Assembly (NCBI GenBank): GCA_964247055.1 | Contig: OZ176050.1 | Span: 4,464,001 to 4,528,000, forward strand | Direction of reading: 5' to 3' | Length of the DNA: 64,000 nt | Source: Paragordius varius | Taxonomy: Eukaryota > Animalia > Nematomorpha | Notes under the pieces: model-generated | What the model saw: the letters and a program-made list of their open reading frames with translations, nothing else | Told to the model about the DNA's origin: nothing | Databases searched by the model: none | Made by a program: the position numbers and the translations under genes | Shown here: positions 49,114 to 61,548 of the stretch, piece after piece | Layout: each line of letters starts with the position of its first letter | Position numbering within the stretch: the stretch's first letter is position 1

Positions 49114-51320
49114 AAGCCTCGGCTCTTTTACTTTTAAGTTTTTTAAAAAAAACAAGCCCATTTTAACGGCTCACAAAAATGTTATATATTACCCGATCTG
49201 TTGTTCACAAAATCTAGCGTATATAACATGACTTCCAGAGCTTGAACGCCTCCTTGGGGCATAACTACGCCACATACTAATTGTTCTTCCCTTTCATGGA
49301 TCATCATAAGTCCCCCCAACATAATATCCCCATCGGCCTGGCTAACTTTCTTGTTAGGCCACGTAAAGTTGAGATATGCGTTGGCTAAAACATGTGCATT
49401 CTCAATCTTACCAGCCATTTTAATGTAACGGGAATCTCCTTCATGCACAGGCTCTATAATCGCGTTTGGTGCAATGTAATCCACATGTTGAGAGAATTTA
49501 TCAGCTACAATAGGATTATCAATTTGCTCTAAAAGTGTAACTGTATGAGCTCTGCTAACATCAGTATTTGGGTGATCTACAAAGCCCAAAAGATTCTTGG
49601 CTGCTGGCTTTACGAATGGAATTACGGATGTTTGTGGCTTTTCTGTTCGAGGTCTTGCTATATGAACAAGTTTATTTCGGATGGGGCCTCGTCTCCGTTT
49701 ATCGTGACCTCTGCTTAACATTTGAGTTTGATATCTCTGGTTTATCAAATAGTTTGGCAAGTCTTGATTAGAAGTTGTACTTGTGGTAGGATTGGAAACA
49801 TAAACACTGTTATTATTTTGATGCGTTTTAAATATTTTCCATGTGTTTCCTCCTAATTTAATCGGCTTAACTCTACGTTTTTTCACAATGAGACTACTTG
49901 AATCATCGCCACTTGTGTCTTTTAAGGCGTTAGTAGTAATTGCTTCCTTTCTTGCTGTTGGATAATGGTTGTATTTTTTTGTCATTAAAGTTAGTGGATG
50001 GTAGGATTTACTTGCATCTAATCCTATTAGGTAAGATGGTTCAAAGTTATGAGGAGATGGATTTATGATTGCATTTACTTCTGTAACAATTCCATTCTTT
50101 TCGTCTTTTTCACTTAGTAATGATTTATATGGTTGTTGATGTTTTTGGAGGACAGGATAAATTTCCTCTTTATTTTGGAGCATCTCTCTTTTATTATTAT
50201 TATTTGAGTCTACTAAATCATATTTATCCTGGAATTTTTTAAATGTAGGTGATTGATGTGATGGCAAATCTACCATAAAAACGTTACGTTTGACTCTCGT
50301 AGGTTGACGACGTGTTCCTTTTCTTGGCAAAATGTAATTATGATACAACGGAGAAAAAGAAACAGAATTAGGTCGATGATTGGATTTTGTTGATAAAATG
50401 ACCTCTTCCTTATTGGTAATTAAGCGTAAGAGAAAACTATGGTCATAAATTTTAGGATTATTACTTTTTGATTCTAATTTTAATAGTAGCGGTGGTTTCA
50501 AATTAAACGCCAAGTTTTTTGCTCCAGATAGTACATGGTTTTTTGCATAAATATCTTCGGTGCGGTAATTTTTTTTGTTAGGTTGTGTTGGTAAATTTGG
50601 CGGTATGGATGTAACTTTATTGACCAGCTTCGCAAAATTACTTTTGTTGCCATCATGGATAAGGCTTAAAGGAGCAGAAGAGTTTTCGTTTGCATAAACA
50701 TTCGTTTGCTGTTTAGGGATTAGCCGTTTTGCATCGAACAATATTTGTAGTTGTCTCTTTGAGTAAGAGTTGTTTTGTGTAAAGTCTTTTGTTGCAACAT
50801 TGTTGGTGGTATAAGCACCAATAATGACATTGTACAAATTACTCGTGAGTGTTAGTGAATGGATTAATTTAAACCATGGCATCCATAACACCATAACAGA
50901 ATGATTTAATCTCATCATACTCGTATTTTTCGTTTGATCAAAAAAGATGGATTTAGTAAAGCTATTGTTGTCACATGTATGATTGCCAAAATTTTGGTAT
51001 CTTTTCTCTTTTTGCTTTATGCTATGGTCTATGACATTTCCAAAGTGTAAATTCTTAAAACTGTTTATGGTTTCAACGCTTTCAACATTAGGTGAACTAG
51101 TGATTGCATTTATCTTAGTATTACCAGCATAATAATAGGGAAATACATCGGATTGTATGATATTTTGTGAGATTTTTGTCCTATTATCGTAATATTTCCT
51201 TCCCCCACCGACATAAAAAGACGACAGATTTGCGTTGAAATAATTTGTGTTGGCGTGCAATATTTGCGAAGGAATAAACAAAAAAAATATTATATGGTAA
51301 ATTAATTTTCTTGTAATCAT
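29718..51320 (-). CDS. mtt: Class C GPCR, mGluR-like orphan receptor of the mangetout/mXR type, 13 coding exons, 1791 aa
   Basis: Exons (GT-AG, phase-consistent, total 5376 nt): 51320-49193, 48886-48794, 44938-44781, 43136-42966, 42896-42752, 34986-34797, 34675-34546, 34312-34066 (acceptor slightly uncertain), 33804-33558, 33274-32313, 31883-31644, 31231-31076, 30226-29718. Signal peptide; Venus-flytrap motifs [96 protein letters not shown]; a cysteine-rich domain; 7TM motifs [38 protein letters not shown]. Confidence 0.92.
30236..30424. mobile_element. Small inverted-repeat element in the last GPCR intron
   Basis: ttttcagtcagcaa..atccaaacgc..ttttcaaccagcaa is mirrored by gcgtttggatg..ttgttggttgaaaa..ttgacagaaaa. 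It abuts the final acceptor. Confidence 0.5.
31995..32262. mobile_element. Family D palindromic MITE in GPCR intron 10
   Basis: Inverted arms (ttacacc..aattcaccctaaaataaatta / taatttatttttaagg..gggtgaatttgaggtgtaa), followed by (TA)n. Confidence 0.6.
37048..37271. mobile_element. Family A MITE, 224-bp near-perfect hairpin
   Basis: TA|CAGTCATGTA...TACATGACTG|TA, an internally deleted relative of 801-1855. Confidence 0.8.
38718..39231 (+). mobile_element. Family B copy ending ~95 bp upstream of the PAICS ATG
   Basis: Shares internal blocks with 41415-41977 (tcaaactatttggacgctattttt, cacatttaacattaatataaacagaaaaagtgg, cacacatgtc, ggggtatctaacta). Confidence 0.7.
39326..40729 (+). CDS. PAICS: Bifunctional SAICAR synthetase / AIR carboxylase (PAICS, animal-type fusion), single exon, 467 aa, nested antisense in GPCR intron 5
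   Basis: N-terminal PurC motifs [56 protein letters not shown]-terminal class II PurE motifs [33 protein letters not shown]. Lies wholly within the 34987-42751 intron. Confidence 0.96.
   Translation: MKTFKNVKVGEKINEGKTKIIYNIHNIEFHDPKHSETSNKKYVMVSSKDDITANNALKHDVMDGKSYIASETTCCIFELLNYFGIPTHFVGRLEDSKNSFIAYKCKMYPIEWVIRRIATGSYLKRHKLVREGTRFIPPKLETFFKDDAQGDPQISYEEIVCSTELISFYPQEKVNNPALLRKHIYDKCAHLSVTIFEILERIWHTLFDVTLVDMKIEFGVTEDGQVVLADVIDNDSWRLWPQGCKDKQVDKQVYRDFKGDKTSEENLQMVKAKYQWVLDCLEKMPAQLNNMYNVSTILILLASPTDLGHGQAIETKIRNYLHSNMDNGVFPPLVNIVKRIVSAHKSTEVALNILAEYQTVEQLVIIACAGLSNGLGPVIAGNTPFPVINCPPNGHITHELQVDVWSSLRMPSGISCSTVTTPDGAALSALASLSNCHPFIWAHGRARQTTLTLKNCKIDYDLNKNVA
41415..41977 (+). mobile_element. 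Family B ~520-560-bp MITE-like repeat (best-preserved copy)
   Basis: Terminal inverted motifs (AACACTTCGATTCAAATTGGGG ... AATTTGAATCGAA...AGTGTTAA). Related copies at ~1100-1600 (reverse), ~1970-2465, ~21455-21970, ~25105-25635, ~38718-39231 and ~57880-58366, plus fragments near 22250-23000 and 46820-47230. TTAA at the right end suggests a piggyBac-type target site (inference). Confidence 0.7.
43169..43391. mobile_element. Family A MITE, 223-bp hairpin, ~30 nt from the GPCR exon 4 acceptor
   Basis: Same termini and body as 37048-37271. Confidence 0.8.
49076..49110. repeat. (TA)n microsatellite
   Basis: Pure TA run. Similar runs at ~32260-32284, ~45188-45211 and ~61557-61580. Confidence 0.9.
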
Positions 51321-54300
51321 TATGATTGTTTAAGATGCGTCACCGGTCAAAAAGGATGGGCTCGGTGTCGATTTTTTCAAAATATTATATTAGTCGCAAG
51401 ATTATTAAGGTCATTCTTCCTTTAAATGTTGGGAATATTGTAGTTTCTGATTATTAGGCATTATATGAAACCAAAATATCGCTATAAATTAGTTGATCCT
51501 TCATACATTTGGCAGATTAATCAGGAAGATAGGGATGAAATGAAAACGAGAGCGATATTTTATTTCTGGCAGCATTAATCAAGACAAAATTTTTTCCACA
51601 TGAAAAATTTGAAGGAATACACAAACATATACCACTTTGAAAGACTAAATATGTAATACCAAATAAGGCGTCCATTTTTAATTAGTTTTTTAGGGGCTGT
51701 TGTCATCCTATAACTCAATCAAAATGATAATTTATTAGGACACTAAAAGAGATAAAAAAAATTTCGTTGTTATGGAGATTGGAATTTAGGCATCTTGGTC
51801 AGAAGGGATGATGGAAAAATTCTGAATATCATACAAGTTAGGAAGTTATAATATTGTCTATCTATTATTGTTCATAATATAGTCCAAAGCAAGCAACTTC
51901 CTACGAATACATTGTAATATACAGAATAATAAATGATCACATATATCTCAAGAAGAGTAACAATATTCTTGCTAAACAAGATAAGATTCCAGGATCCGCA
52001 TGTATATTTGCTGCATGATGAGAGATATTATTATTATTATTATAATAGGAATTGGAAACATTCATAAACTCAAACTCAAAAATGACATATTTTGGTAAGT
52101 ATTTCCTTGTGCATTTTCTTACACATCTAAATATTTATTCATACATATATATATAAATTATATATTGTATAAAGTGTAAATTTATTCAAAAAGTTATTTG
52201 GTGACTCTCTCTCACTCTCTGATTCCCATTCTCATCAACATATTGAAGATGTTGACATAAAAATAAATTAATTTAAGCACAATATTTTTTCTTCATGAAA
52301 AATAGATATTATCCTCTAAAATACTAATAGCCACACTATATTTCACAGCGAAAAAAATATGCAAAAATGCATATTTATACAATTATACAAATATCGTGAT
52401 ATCTGATAAGGGTAAGAGAAAGAGAGAGATAGAATCAACTATGAGTTATACTCAATTTTTTAAACAGTTTTTACGTAATATACCTATTACAATTCATATT
52501 TTTAGGAATACTATAAATAGCTGGTCCCTAAAATAAATAGAGTGTGGTCAGGACCTTGAAGGAGAATAATTCCAAAAATTTTTGAATTAATCAGGAATAT
52601 GCTGAATATATATAAATATGAATGTAATACGGATGGTAAATGTTTAAGTCAAAGTATTCAAAAAGTATAAATTAATGGATATTCTGAGTTCAATTACAGA
52701 CAAATTTTATGATACAAGAATGAATGATGTAGCAAAAATATAAATTTTCAAAAACGCAATATATCTTTAAATTAAAATATTTTTGTAACTATGATGATTT
52801 AACATATTTTTTTCATTATTATACATTTATTCAATAAAAATTAATGAAATATTATTTGAATTAAATATAGGGTTAAAGGATTATCTTAAACGGAGGAGGA
52901 AATGTTTCCATCATTTTTTGGAACAATAATATTTTTTGAAAGAAAGCTATGAAGAAAATTATTAAAATATGAGAAGATCAGGGAAACGAGAATTATGATA
53001 TATTTTTAAATATTAAATTTTTAACAATAAATTACGCAAGTAATATTTTAATTAAATTATCATCTTTTAGTGTAATATATTCTATAAGACCGAAATAGTA
53101 TAAAAATGATCTGCGGTGCGCTTTCTTTTTAAAAATAACCGTTATTTTAATATTGAAGAATAAGGAATAAAAATATATTAGAAATGAATGATATGGTGAA
53201 TGCAGATTTTAATTTCAGATAGCTAAAAAAATATCTTTACAATATTATACAGATTATGTATATATGTTATCAAATATTTTGTATTTTGAAAAACAAAAAT
53301 TATATTTTTATTTAAAGACCTTATTAAGCTTTGACTAGTGTTTATTCTGTTATTCTGGCAGTTTTTATCATATTTTACTACAACTAAACAATACTAATCC
53401 ACATTTTATCTTATATAATCTAACTAACACAAAATATATACAATACAAAAAACATTTTATCAAAAATTTTAATGAAAAAAAAATCAGATATTGTAAAATA
53501 GGAAAAGATCGTGTTCCGTTATATACTACTATTTTTTATGTTTTGGTTTTTTGGTTTTTTGCTATACAAAAGCTTGTACTTTTTTTCATCTTTCTCACTC
53601 CAATAATATTTGTTAAACAACATACATAAATTAAAATTTTGCATTGTTGTATATAATAATAAAAATTATAATTATCTCTGTATAGATTTTTTAATATAAC
53701 GAACGCTATCCATAATTTTTATTATAATAGGCTTGATTTATTTTAATTTTACATTGTTAAAAAAGATTACAAAACTAAGGAAGGGTAAGGGTTACATATT
53801 TTAACATATATATATAATAAATATTGATTTTAAAATTCTGTGTTAATTTTACAAATTATGGCGAATTTTAAATTCATAGTTAGTTAATCGTTTAAATAAA
53901 ACATTGTATTTTCTGATTAGAAAATACATACTTCTTTCACATTGCTCGCCGATTTTATATGAAAATCAAGTTAGAGCTGACATAAATATTAATGTAAAAG
54001 TAATTAATCTTAAAACAACAATTGGTTACCAATATTTTTTCTTAACATAAAAATACAAAAATATGTGAATTGTTTGATCAAACGAAAGAGTAAGATTTAG
54101 TTTAGATTTTAGAGCCTGAAAAAAAGTTGATCTACAACAAACAATATAATATATTTTTATAATAATAATAATTAAACACGAATATGTAGGATCGTCAAAA
54201 TCGTAAAAGATATACATTTTTTTGAAAATTTTTTGATTTTAATAAAATTCAACGGATAAAATAATATTTTTAAGGAATAACCTTATTTTTTAATTTCACG

Positions 54301-57300
54301 ATGATTTTTGTTGCATCGCGTCTTTTCTAAAAATCTTTTTTTACCACAAATGTCCAAATGTGTGATGGTGTTGTCAATTCCATCCAAAATATTCTTCCTT
54401 AAAATATTATTTTATTTGTCAAAAATCTTCCCTCCTATTTAAATATAAATTAAAAAAAATGAATTCTGCGTGAGACAATTTTACCACCATTCAACCAATG
54501 CATTAAATTTTTTTATAATAAAAGTTTTTGTTAGTTTTTACTAAAATATACTACTGACTTTTTAACAATATTTTGGCATTCGAAAATTAAATCCCTACTT
54601 CCCATCGGCAATTTATTTTGCCGTCTATCTCTAAAATTTTACTTTGATAGGGATGATTTTCATAAACATTTTTATTATTGTACAGTAGGTCATAAAAATT
54701 TCAGTTTTAATTAAAACGTGAAAACTTTAAAAAGGTATATTAAAGTAATTTGTGATTAAGTAAAATAGCTAAATATTTAATTTTGTACTTAAAAACTTCG
54801 TTACATATGAAATATTTTATATAAGAATACTTTTGGATATTTTTTGTACCTGGGAAAGCCAAACGGTTATGAAGTGTTTTTAAAAAACTGGTTATTTTTG
54901 ATAAATCCATTCGAATCTACGTTCAATTAATTTCGGTATTCCCTTGTTAAAATGGATACATTAGCTTAAAACTTAAATGGATCTTTATCTCAAATATTTT
55001 AAGGCTGAATACCATGGTAATCAAAAATTATTTTAAACGCAAAAATGGGTATGTGATATTTTAAATATTGATATCCATAATTAGGAAGCTGAATAAAATT
55101 CTTAGTGTAGATACTTTAAAATCATCTCAATCACTCAAAATTTTTAAAATAAGTTCAAACCATATTATAATCAATAGTGAATTAACAGAATAAATATTTA
55201 AAGTAAAATGCAATTCTTAGTTATTTATACCACGGTGGAATTTTATTCTATAAATATTAGAAATATAAACCAAAACCGTTTTTGAAATGACTCCCCGGTT
55301 CCAGATATTTTTGAAATAGGGGTTCCACTTCAAACAATATAATTTCGAAATAATGATCCCGTTTTTGTTTAACTCTATTAGTTACCATTATATTAAAACT
55401 TAAAAATAAAATATTTTGTTGTTTTAAAAAAATTCAAAAACCAATTGAACCCAATTTATTACTAATAAACATTCAAATACTTTCATTGCTTGAGTGGAAA
55501 AATGCTACAGTCTTTATAGCCATTATTTCTTAATAGTAGATCATTAATGTTCTTAGCAAATATTTTGGGAAAACCCCATCTAGGAAGACTGGTCATTTGT
55601 TATCATTATAATACTTTTATGATTATAAGTTTTATTAAAATTCAAGTAAAAATTTTGATCAACTCGATTAGTGCTAATTTATGAAAATACACTCATGTAA
55701 AAGATACAAATTTTTCACCATTAAAATGATTTTATATAAATTATTCGGATATATTTATTATAAGTTTTACTTTATTTTTAAATATTTATCTTTTTAAAAA
55801 ATATCAATCATCAAATGATTTTAGCATTTATTTAACATCTGTGACTTCCACATCTGAGTTTAACATTTTCGTTGTTTACACTAGGGATGTCTAATAAGGG
55901 TCCTCCGATACATTATTTGTAGCCGCAAAAAAATGAAAATCTATAATTTGCAGAAATGCTCATAAAATCTTAGTAAATTGATCTCAAACATACCTTTTAA
56001 ATATTTCTATTCAATTAGCAACGGACTACGAAAAATTATCATGTTGTGTTTGAAATCTAATAAAATATATTTATAAATGTTCAATATAGTTTCGAATGCG
56101 GCCCAAGAAACCATTTGTTTTAAACACCCTGGTTTAAACTGCAAAATTTTGTTAATAAGCTCATGTCATGAAATTTGAAGGTAGACTAACTGTCAAATAA
56201 TTAAATAAAATATACAATATTGCAAAGCTATACGAAGTACTCGGTTCAAAAAGAAAAATTTAAATTTTTCAAGCTTAGCGTTTTTCGGGAATTTATTTGG
56301 ATATTTTATATTTATATATGCACTACTTTTTAAGATATATATAAAATATATGAGCATTAATTGGAATAAAAAAATTCTATTTCTATAACTGTTTACTGTA
56401 TGAAAAAATGTAATTTATGGGCGTCCTTTTTAACGTGGCACATCTAACAAGTCAACATGAAATAGCATTTTGATTGATTTATTGGATTATTCAAGGGGGC
56501 ATAGCACCCAAATTTTGTGCTTGTTCTATTGAACCCAGGTTAATATGGCACTTTAAAATTACGAATTTTTTTGGAAATATTAAATATTTTTTTTGGAAGA
56601 TAAAAAATAAATATTTTTTTTACTATGCAGTGTTTTTTTTCCGTATATAATATTTTATGAAAATTATTATGAGTTTAAAGCAGATACCTGAACCACGGTT
56701 CCAAACGGTTGCAAAAAATATAGTTTTATTTTTATTATTTATTGCAATGTTTATATTTTTTGCTATATAATATCCTAAACGATCATTTTTTAAATTTTCA
56801 CAGATTATTGACCTAGAATCATTTTTGTGGTTTATATATATGATTTCATGGTCATTCATTTACATTCATTAACTTGGCCTTAAAATTGTAGGAAATCCTA
56901 ACCATTTGACAAATAAATAAAACCAAATCTATTTTTTTAAAAAATCACCGAAAGCAAATAAACCTGGAACAGCGACCAGAAATAAACCGGTTTCATTTGA
57001 GGCAATTATAACTTTGGGATACGTAAAGAGCCAAAATGCGGCGGCACTAAGGTTTGATAATTGAATACATCAAAAAATGCAATTTGAACAGCTTATTTAT
57101 TTAAATAATAAAACTTTACTGAAATCGAATGTTCAGTTTGATGTTAAAAATAATCTTTGCTCACATATAAGTGTGTTGAAACAATAAGTGAAATTAGGAG
57201 GCCGCATTAATTAATAAATTAATATAATTTATTTTTAAAATAATTAATTGGAAATGATTAAAAAATTATACACCATTTTAATATGTAAGAATAGACTAGG

Positions 57301-60300
57301 TCCAACGGCTTCTAAAGGCAAACTCGCATGAGTGTTTTTACAGTGAAAAATTTAGGCATATGTTTTTCATTTCTATATTTTAATATATAGATTGTTGGCT
57401 TTGCGATAATTTTATAAAACAGGGAACACCGAATCCCCAGGTTAAAAATATTTAAGTCTCCAATGTACAAATTTTACTAGACATTTTTTCAACAGTCTGA
57501 TGTTAATTTAACTTATAAATAAATTTTGTGAACCAATATCTCATAAAAGTTGCCTGAATGTTAAGATATTGGATAAAACTAGGTTAAATATGGAACACTG
57601 CTATAAGCAATAATAATTATTATAAATAAAAGTCGAATATTAAAATTTTTAGAGTATTTTATACGCATTCTAGCCTATTTATTAAGTAAATTAGATTATA
57701 AAAATTTGTGTTGGAAAACCTACTGTGTATATGAAAAACATCTGGTTTTTAAAAATTCTTACGTAACATAAACAATTTTTAGCATAATGTGTGCTAATAC
57801 GGCCATTTTTATAAAGCAATTACCAAAAAGTGAAATATTTTTCTTAACAGTTTGATTCTGGGATTAAGTTGATGTTTTAAAAAACTACTGAAATAAGCGG
57901 TTCCAATTTTTTATGTTTCTATCCTAATAAAAATTATATAAATAAGCTAAAATATCTAAAAAATTTAGTTTTGAAAAAAAGCTCCATATCAAACTACTTG
58001 GACCCCATATTTTTACAAAATTTTTGAAAAAATATCGTGTTTATTTGATTCTAAGCTAAAATTAACTTTACATTTTTATTAAAACATTTGACATTAATAT
58101 AAACAGAAAGAGTAGTTCATTTTGCGTTATTATTATATTTATCTTATGCACACATGTCATGTTGGCTAAATTTTTGGGTCTTACCTCCGAGTTTGAATGA
58201 ATGTGTTTTTATATTTGGGTTCATCAAGGTTATAAAAGTGCAAACTTTTGCCATGATTTCAATTAATTTTATATTTTTTGAAATATTTTTTAAACAAGTC
58301 TGGGGTATCTAACTACCCCAATTTGAATCGAAGATTGAAAATAATGTGTTGCATCCAAGTGTTAAATAAAAGCAACCTAAAGCATCTTCACAATCCTCAC
58401 ACTTTTTTCCAAAATTAGCACAATGAGTTATATATTAATCCGATCCCAAAATATTAATGCAATTAAACCTAAGAAAATGCTTAAAATTGTTAAAAAATTT
58501 TATAAAAAATGTTTAATTATGATGTAAATTAAAGGGAAGCTAAAGGCCCTATCTTTTCCGTGAAAATATTTATTTTATAATTAATCATTCTCGAATCTTT
58601 TGAAGTCTTGCTTTAAAAAACAGCGAATTAACATGCTTTTATATTCCATAAATAACTTGTAATTTTAGAATTTTAAATATGTTAATCATTTTTTTCCACA
58701 GCTTAAATTTTCGAATTCCTAAAATCATTTTTAAAGATCATATTTCTAAAAAGCAGTTAATATGTACCTAAAAAATTTGCATATTATAAAAATCTTTATG
58801 ATTAAGTTCACATCTGTTTTTTTATCTTTTATGATAGTTTTAGGCTAGGGTCACTTACTATTTCGGAAATCGAAATGAATTCTTAAATAAATAAAACAAA
58901 AGATAAGGTTTATTAGATAGGCATGATTTATGAATATTGGTTTTAGTGTTGAGACAGAGAAGGACCACACTTTTAATAAAAATTGCAGTTATTTTTGGTT
59001 TGAATTAAGACAAAAGAAGCTATAAATTGAAATATATACAAATTTTTTATTTTGTGAATTTTTAATATGTTTTTTTAAACCATGCAGGAATCCAAATATA
59101 TGTTGTGGACAAGTGATTTTATTGGTATAAAACACAAACAATTTGAGTTTTTTTCCTCAAAATTTTGTTTATTTTTAGTTTTCTTTTGCATACGATGAGA
59201 ATATTTTTATAATCAGAAGGGTTAGTGGCCTATAATTGTTATTATTAGAGCTAAATCATATGCAATCCATCTCCCATATATAGATATATACGTTCGTCAG
59301 CATTTTTTTGTTGCACACATCACATGCCAACATCTTCAAAAAAGTAGTATGTAATAAAATGAATAATTAATGTGAACGAGAATGCACAATTAGATAAATT
59401 AGGCAAGTGAATTGTCGTTGTTCTCAGCAAAATTAATTATTTTAAAGTATTGATCTTAAATACTGTTTTTTATAACTCTTAGCAAAAGGATTGATGAGAA
59501 TATATAATAAAACTTTTCAATAAAACAAAGTGCGTTTGTCCTTTTTTTTCAATATGTCCTGCTTGTGATTTATGACTGTATTGGCATAATTGCAACATAA
59601 AATTGGTAGAATTAATTATCGGTAGTACGATGCTTCTATAAACTAAGAGTTAAATTGCTTGAATGCAATATTCATTTATATAAAAACTTTTATTGTTTTA
59701 ATGCCTCTGTTTGCGACATATTAATTAATATATGTTAGAAACAAGATCTTAAATCTTTTTATTCGGCACAATTTTCCAGAACATGCTTAAATCAATAATA
59801 ATTCTAATACAATGTCAAGATAGCAGGGATTCGATTCTTAGATAATATTTTATAATAAATAAATGTCTAAGTTTGAGTGAAATTTTGAATAAATGAAAGT
59901 CTTATCGCTATTGTAGTGATAAAACACCAAATAATTAACAGTCAGCTGTTTTTGAAATTTCATACAATTGTAAAAAATATTTTGGTTATACAATAGATTG
60001 TCAGGTATTAATTCTTTTGAATCGTTAATAACATTTATAATTAATTTAAAATGCAAATAATAACAGAAAGGAGTGAGAATAAATACAAAATTATAGATTT
60101 TAAAAATAGACATAAAAAGCGAATGAAAATTACCCTGGTTTGAAACCTCTTCGGAAAACAATGACAGGATGGCGATATAGATATTTGATCTACTCATACT
60201 GGGGCTTGCATACATTTTAATCATTTTTATTGCTTATTTTTACGATATCGCATAATACACCTCTTATCCTACTTATACAAAGGTCTGGCTAAAAATTACC

Positions 60301-61388
60301 AAAATGTAACATTATGTTTTAAATAAATAAAATATTAGTTGTTTATCAAATCGCCGACGCACCGCCTATTTGGGTCAGTGTTTTTTGGTTTCCGTTTTGT
60401 ATTTTGAAAATGCATAATGGAGAATATTAATTTTTAACTTTATAATTTTTTACTAATTAGTATAAAAATATTGTTAGTACCAAATACAAAAATCATAAAA
60501 ATGTCTATTATTAAATGTTTATATAATTATTGGCCAGATATTTATTATCAAATATTTGTTAAAAATAGGACGGCAATTCTCATAATCTTTTATAAATCCA
60601 ATAAAACTTAAATTCGTCAATTTCATATTACATTAATTTATTCATTAAAAAAACGTCCATTTTTTGATATTTTTACCATCCAAACATTTATTTCACTAAG
60701 AATATATCCAGTTGACATAAAGTATTTTATTATTTTTAAAATAAATAACAGTTAAACGAATTTCATAAAACTAAATCTATAAAATATATCCAATTCACCG
60801 TATAACGAATTTTATTATTTACATAAAATTCGTTTTATTATCTTTTGATAAAATATATCTCCCGACTGTATATTTTACTACAATTAGTTAGACTCAAAAA
60901 GCTGATAACTTATGTGCTTTACATATGTAACATACTTTCATTTAATGAAAAAGGTTATCTGGTAAAAATATGCACAATATTGGTATTTCTAAATGGATTC
61001 AATGATTAATATTATGGCTATAAAAAACAGCCAAAAAACTAAGTTACTGATTGCCTAACTTAGGTAAATAGCCAAATTACCAGTATGTTAGGAAAGGTAG
61101 TGGTCTGAAATTTAATGTCGAATTAGGGTATTCGTAATATATAACGAAAAACCTTTTCCATAAAATTATATATATTACAAAAATCATAGATTAATGCTGA
61201 AAAGGAATCGTAAACTAAAATCGTTTTTAATTTCTGTGCCCGTTCCAAGTTTTGTTGCAGTCCAAAAACGATTCTGAACCAAATATTTTCAGTCTTAAAA
61301 TGTAATGTTTTTAAAAATATCATTTTTAGTCAAATGTTGATTTCGATTAATTTATAAAATATTTATTTATCATATAGTGTGTATAAAT

Positions 61389-61548
61389 CAAGGCTTGGAA
61401 CCACGGAACAGTGTTAAAATTTTAAGAACCCACAGATTTCATTTTAAATAACCGGTTCTAGAACCAAAAATGTAAACAACCGAAACGGTAAAATTTAACG
61501 AACCATTTTGGAACTGTTTCCAAATTTAGGCTCGGGTTCCAAACCCTG
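61389..61548. mobile_element. hAT-like MITE, 160 bp, with 8-bp target-site duplication
   Basis: TIR CAAGGCTTGGAACC ... GGTTCCAAACCCTG, flanked by gtataaat (61381-61388) and gcataaat (61549-61556). Confidence 0.7.

Noticed and set aside
33038-49771. Antisense ORFs at 33038-33244 and 49568-49771 (also 11724-11930)
   Set aside because: Shadow frames opposite real exons.
1970-58366. Orientation bias of family B copies (6 of 7 in the same direction)
   Set aside because: Too few copies to be significant.
59850-60224. 124-aa minus-strand ORF
   Set aside because: Composition (F, I, N, Y, K) is that of random AT-rich DNA; no domain or splice support.
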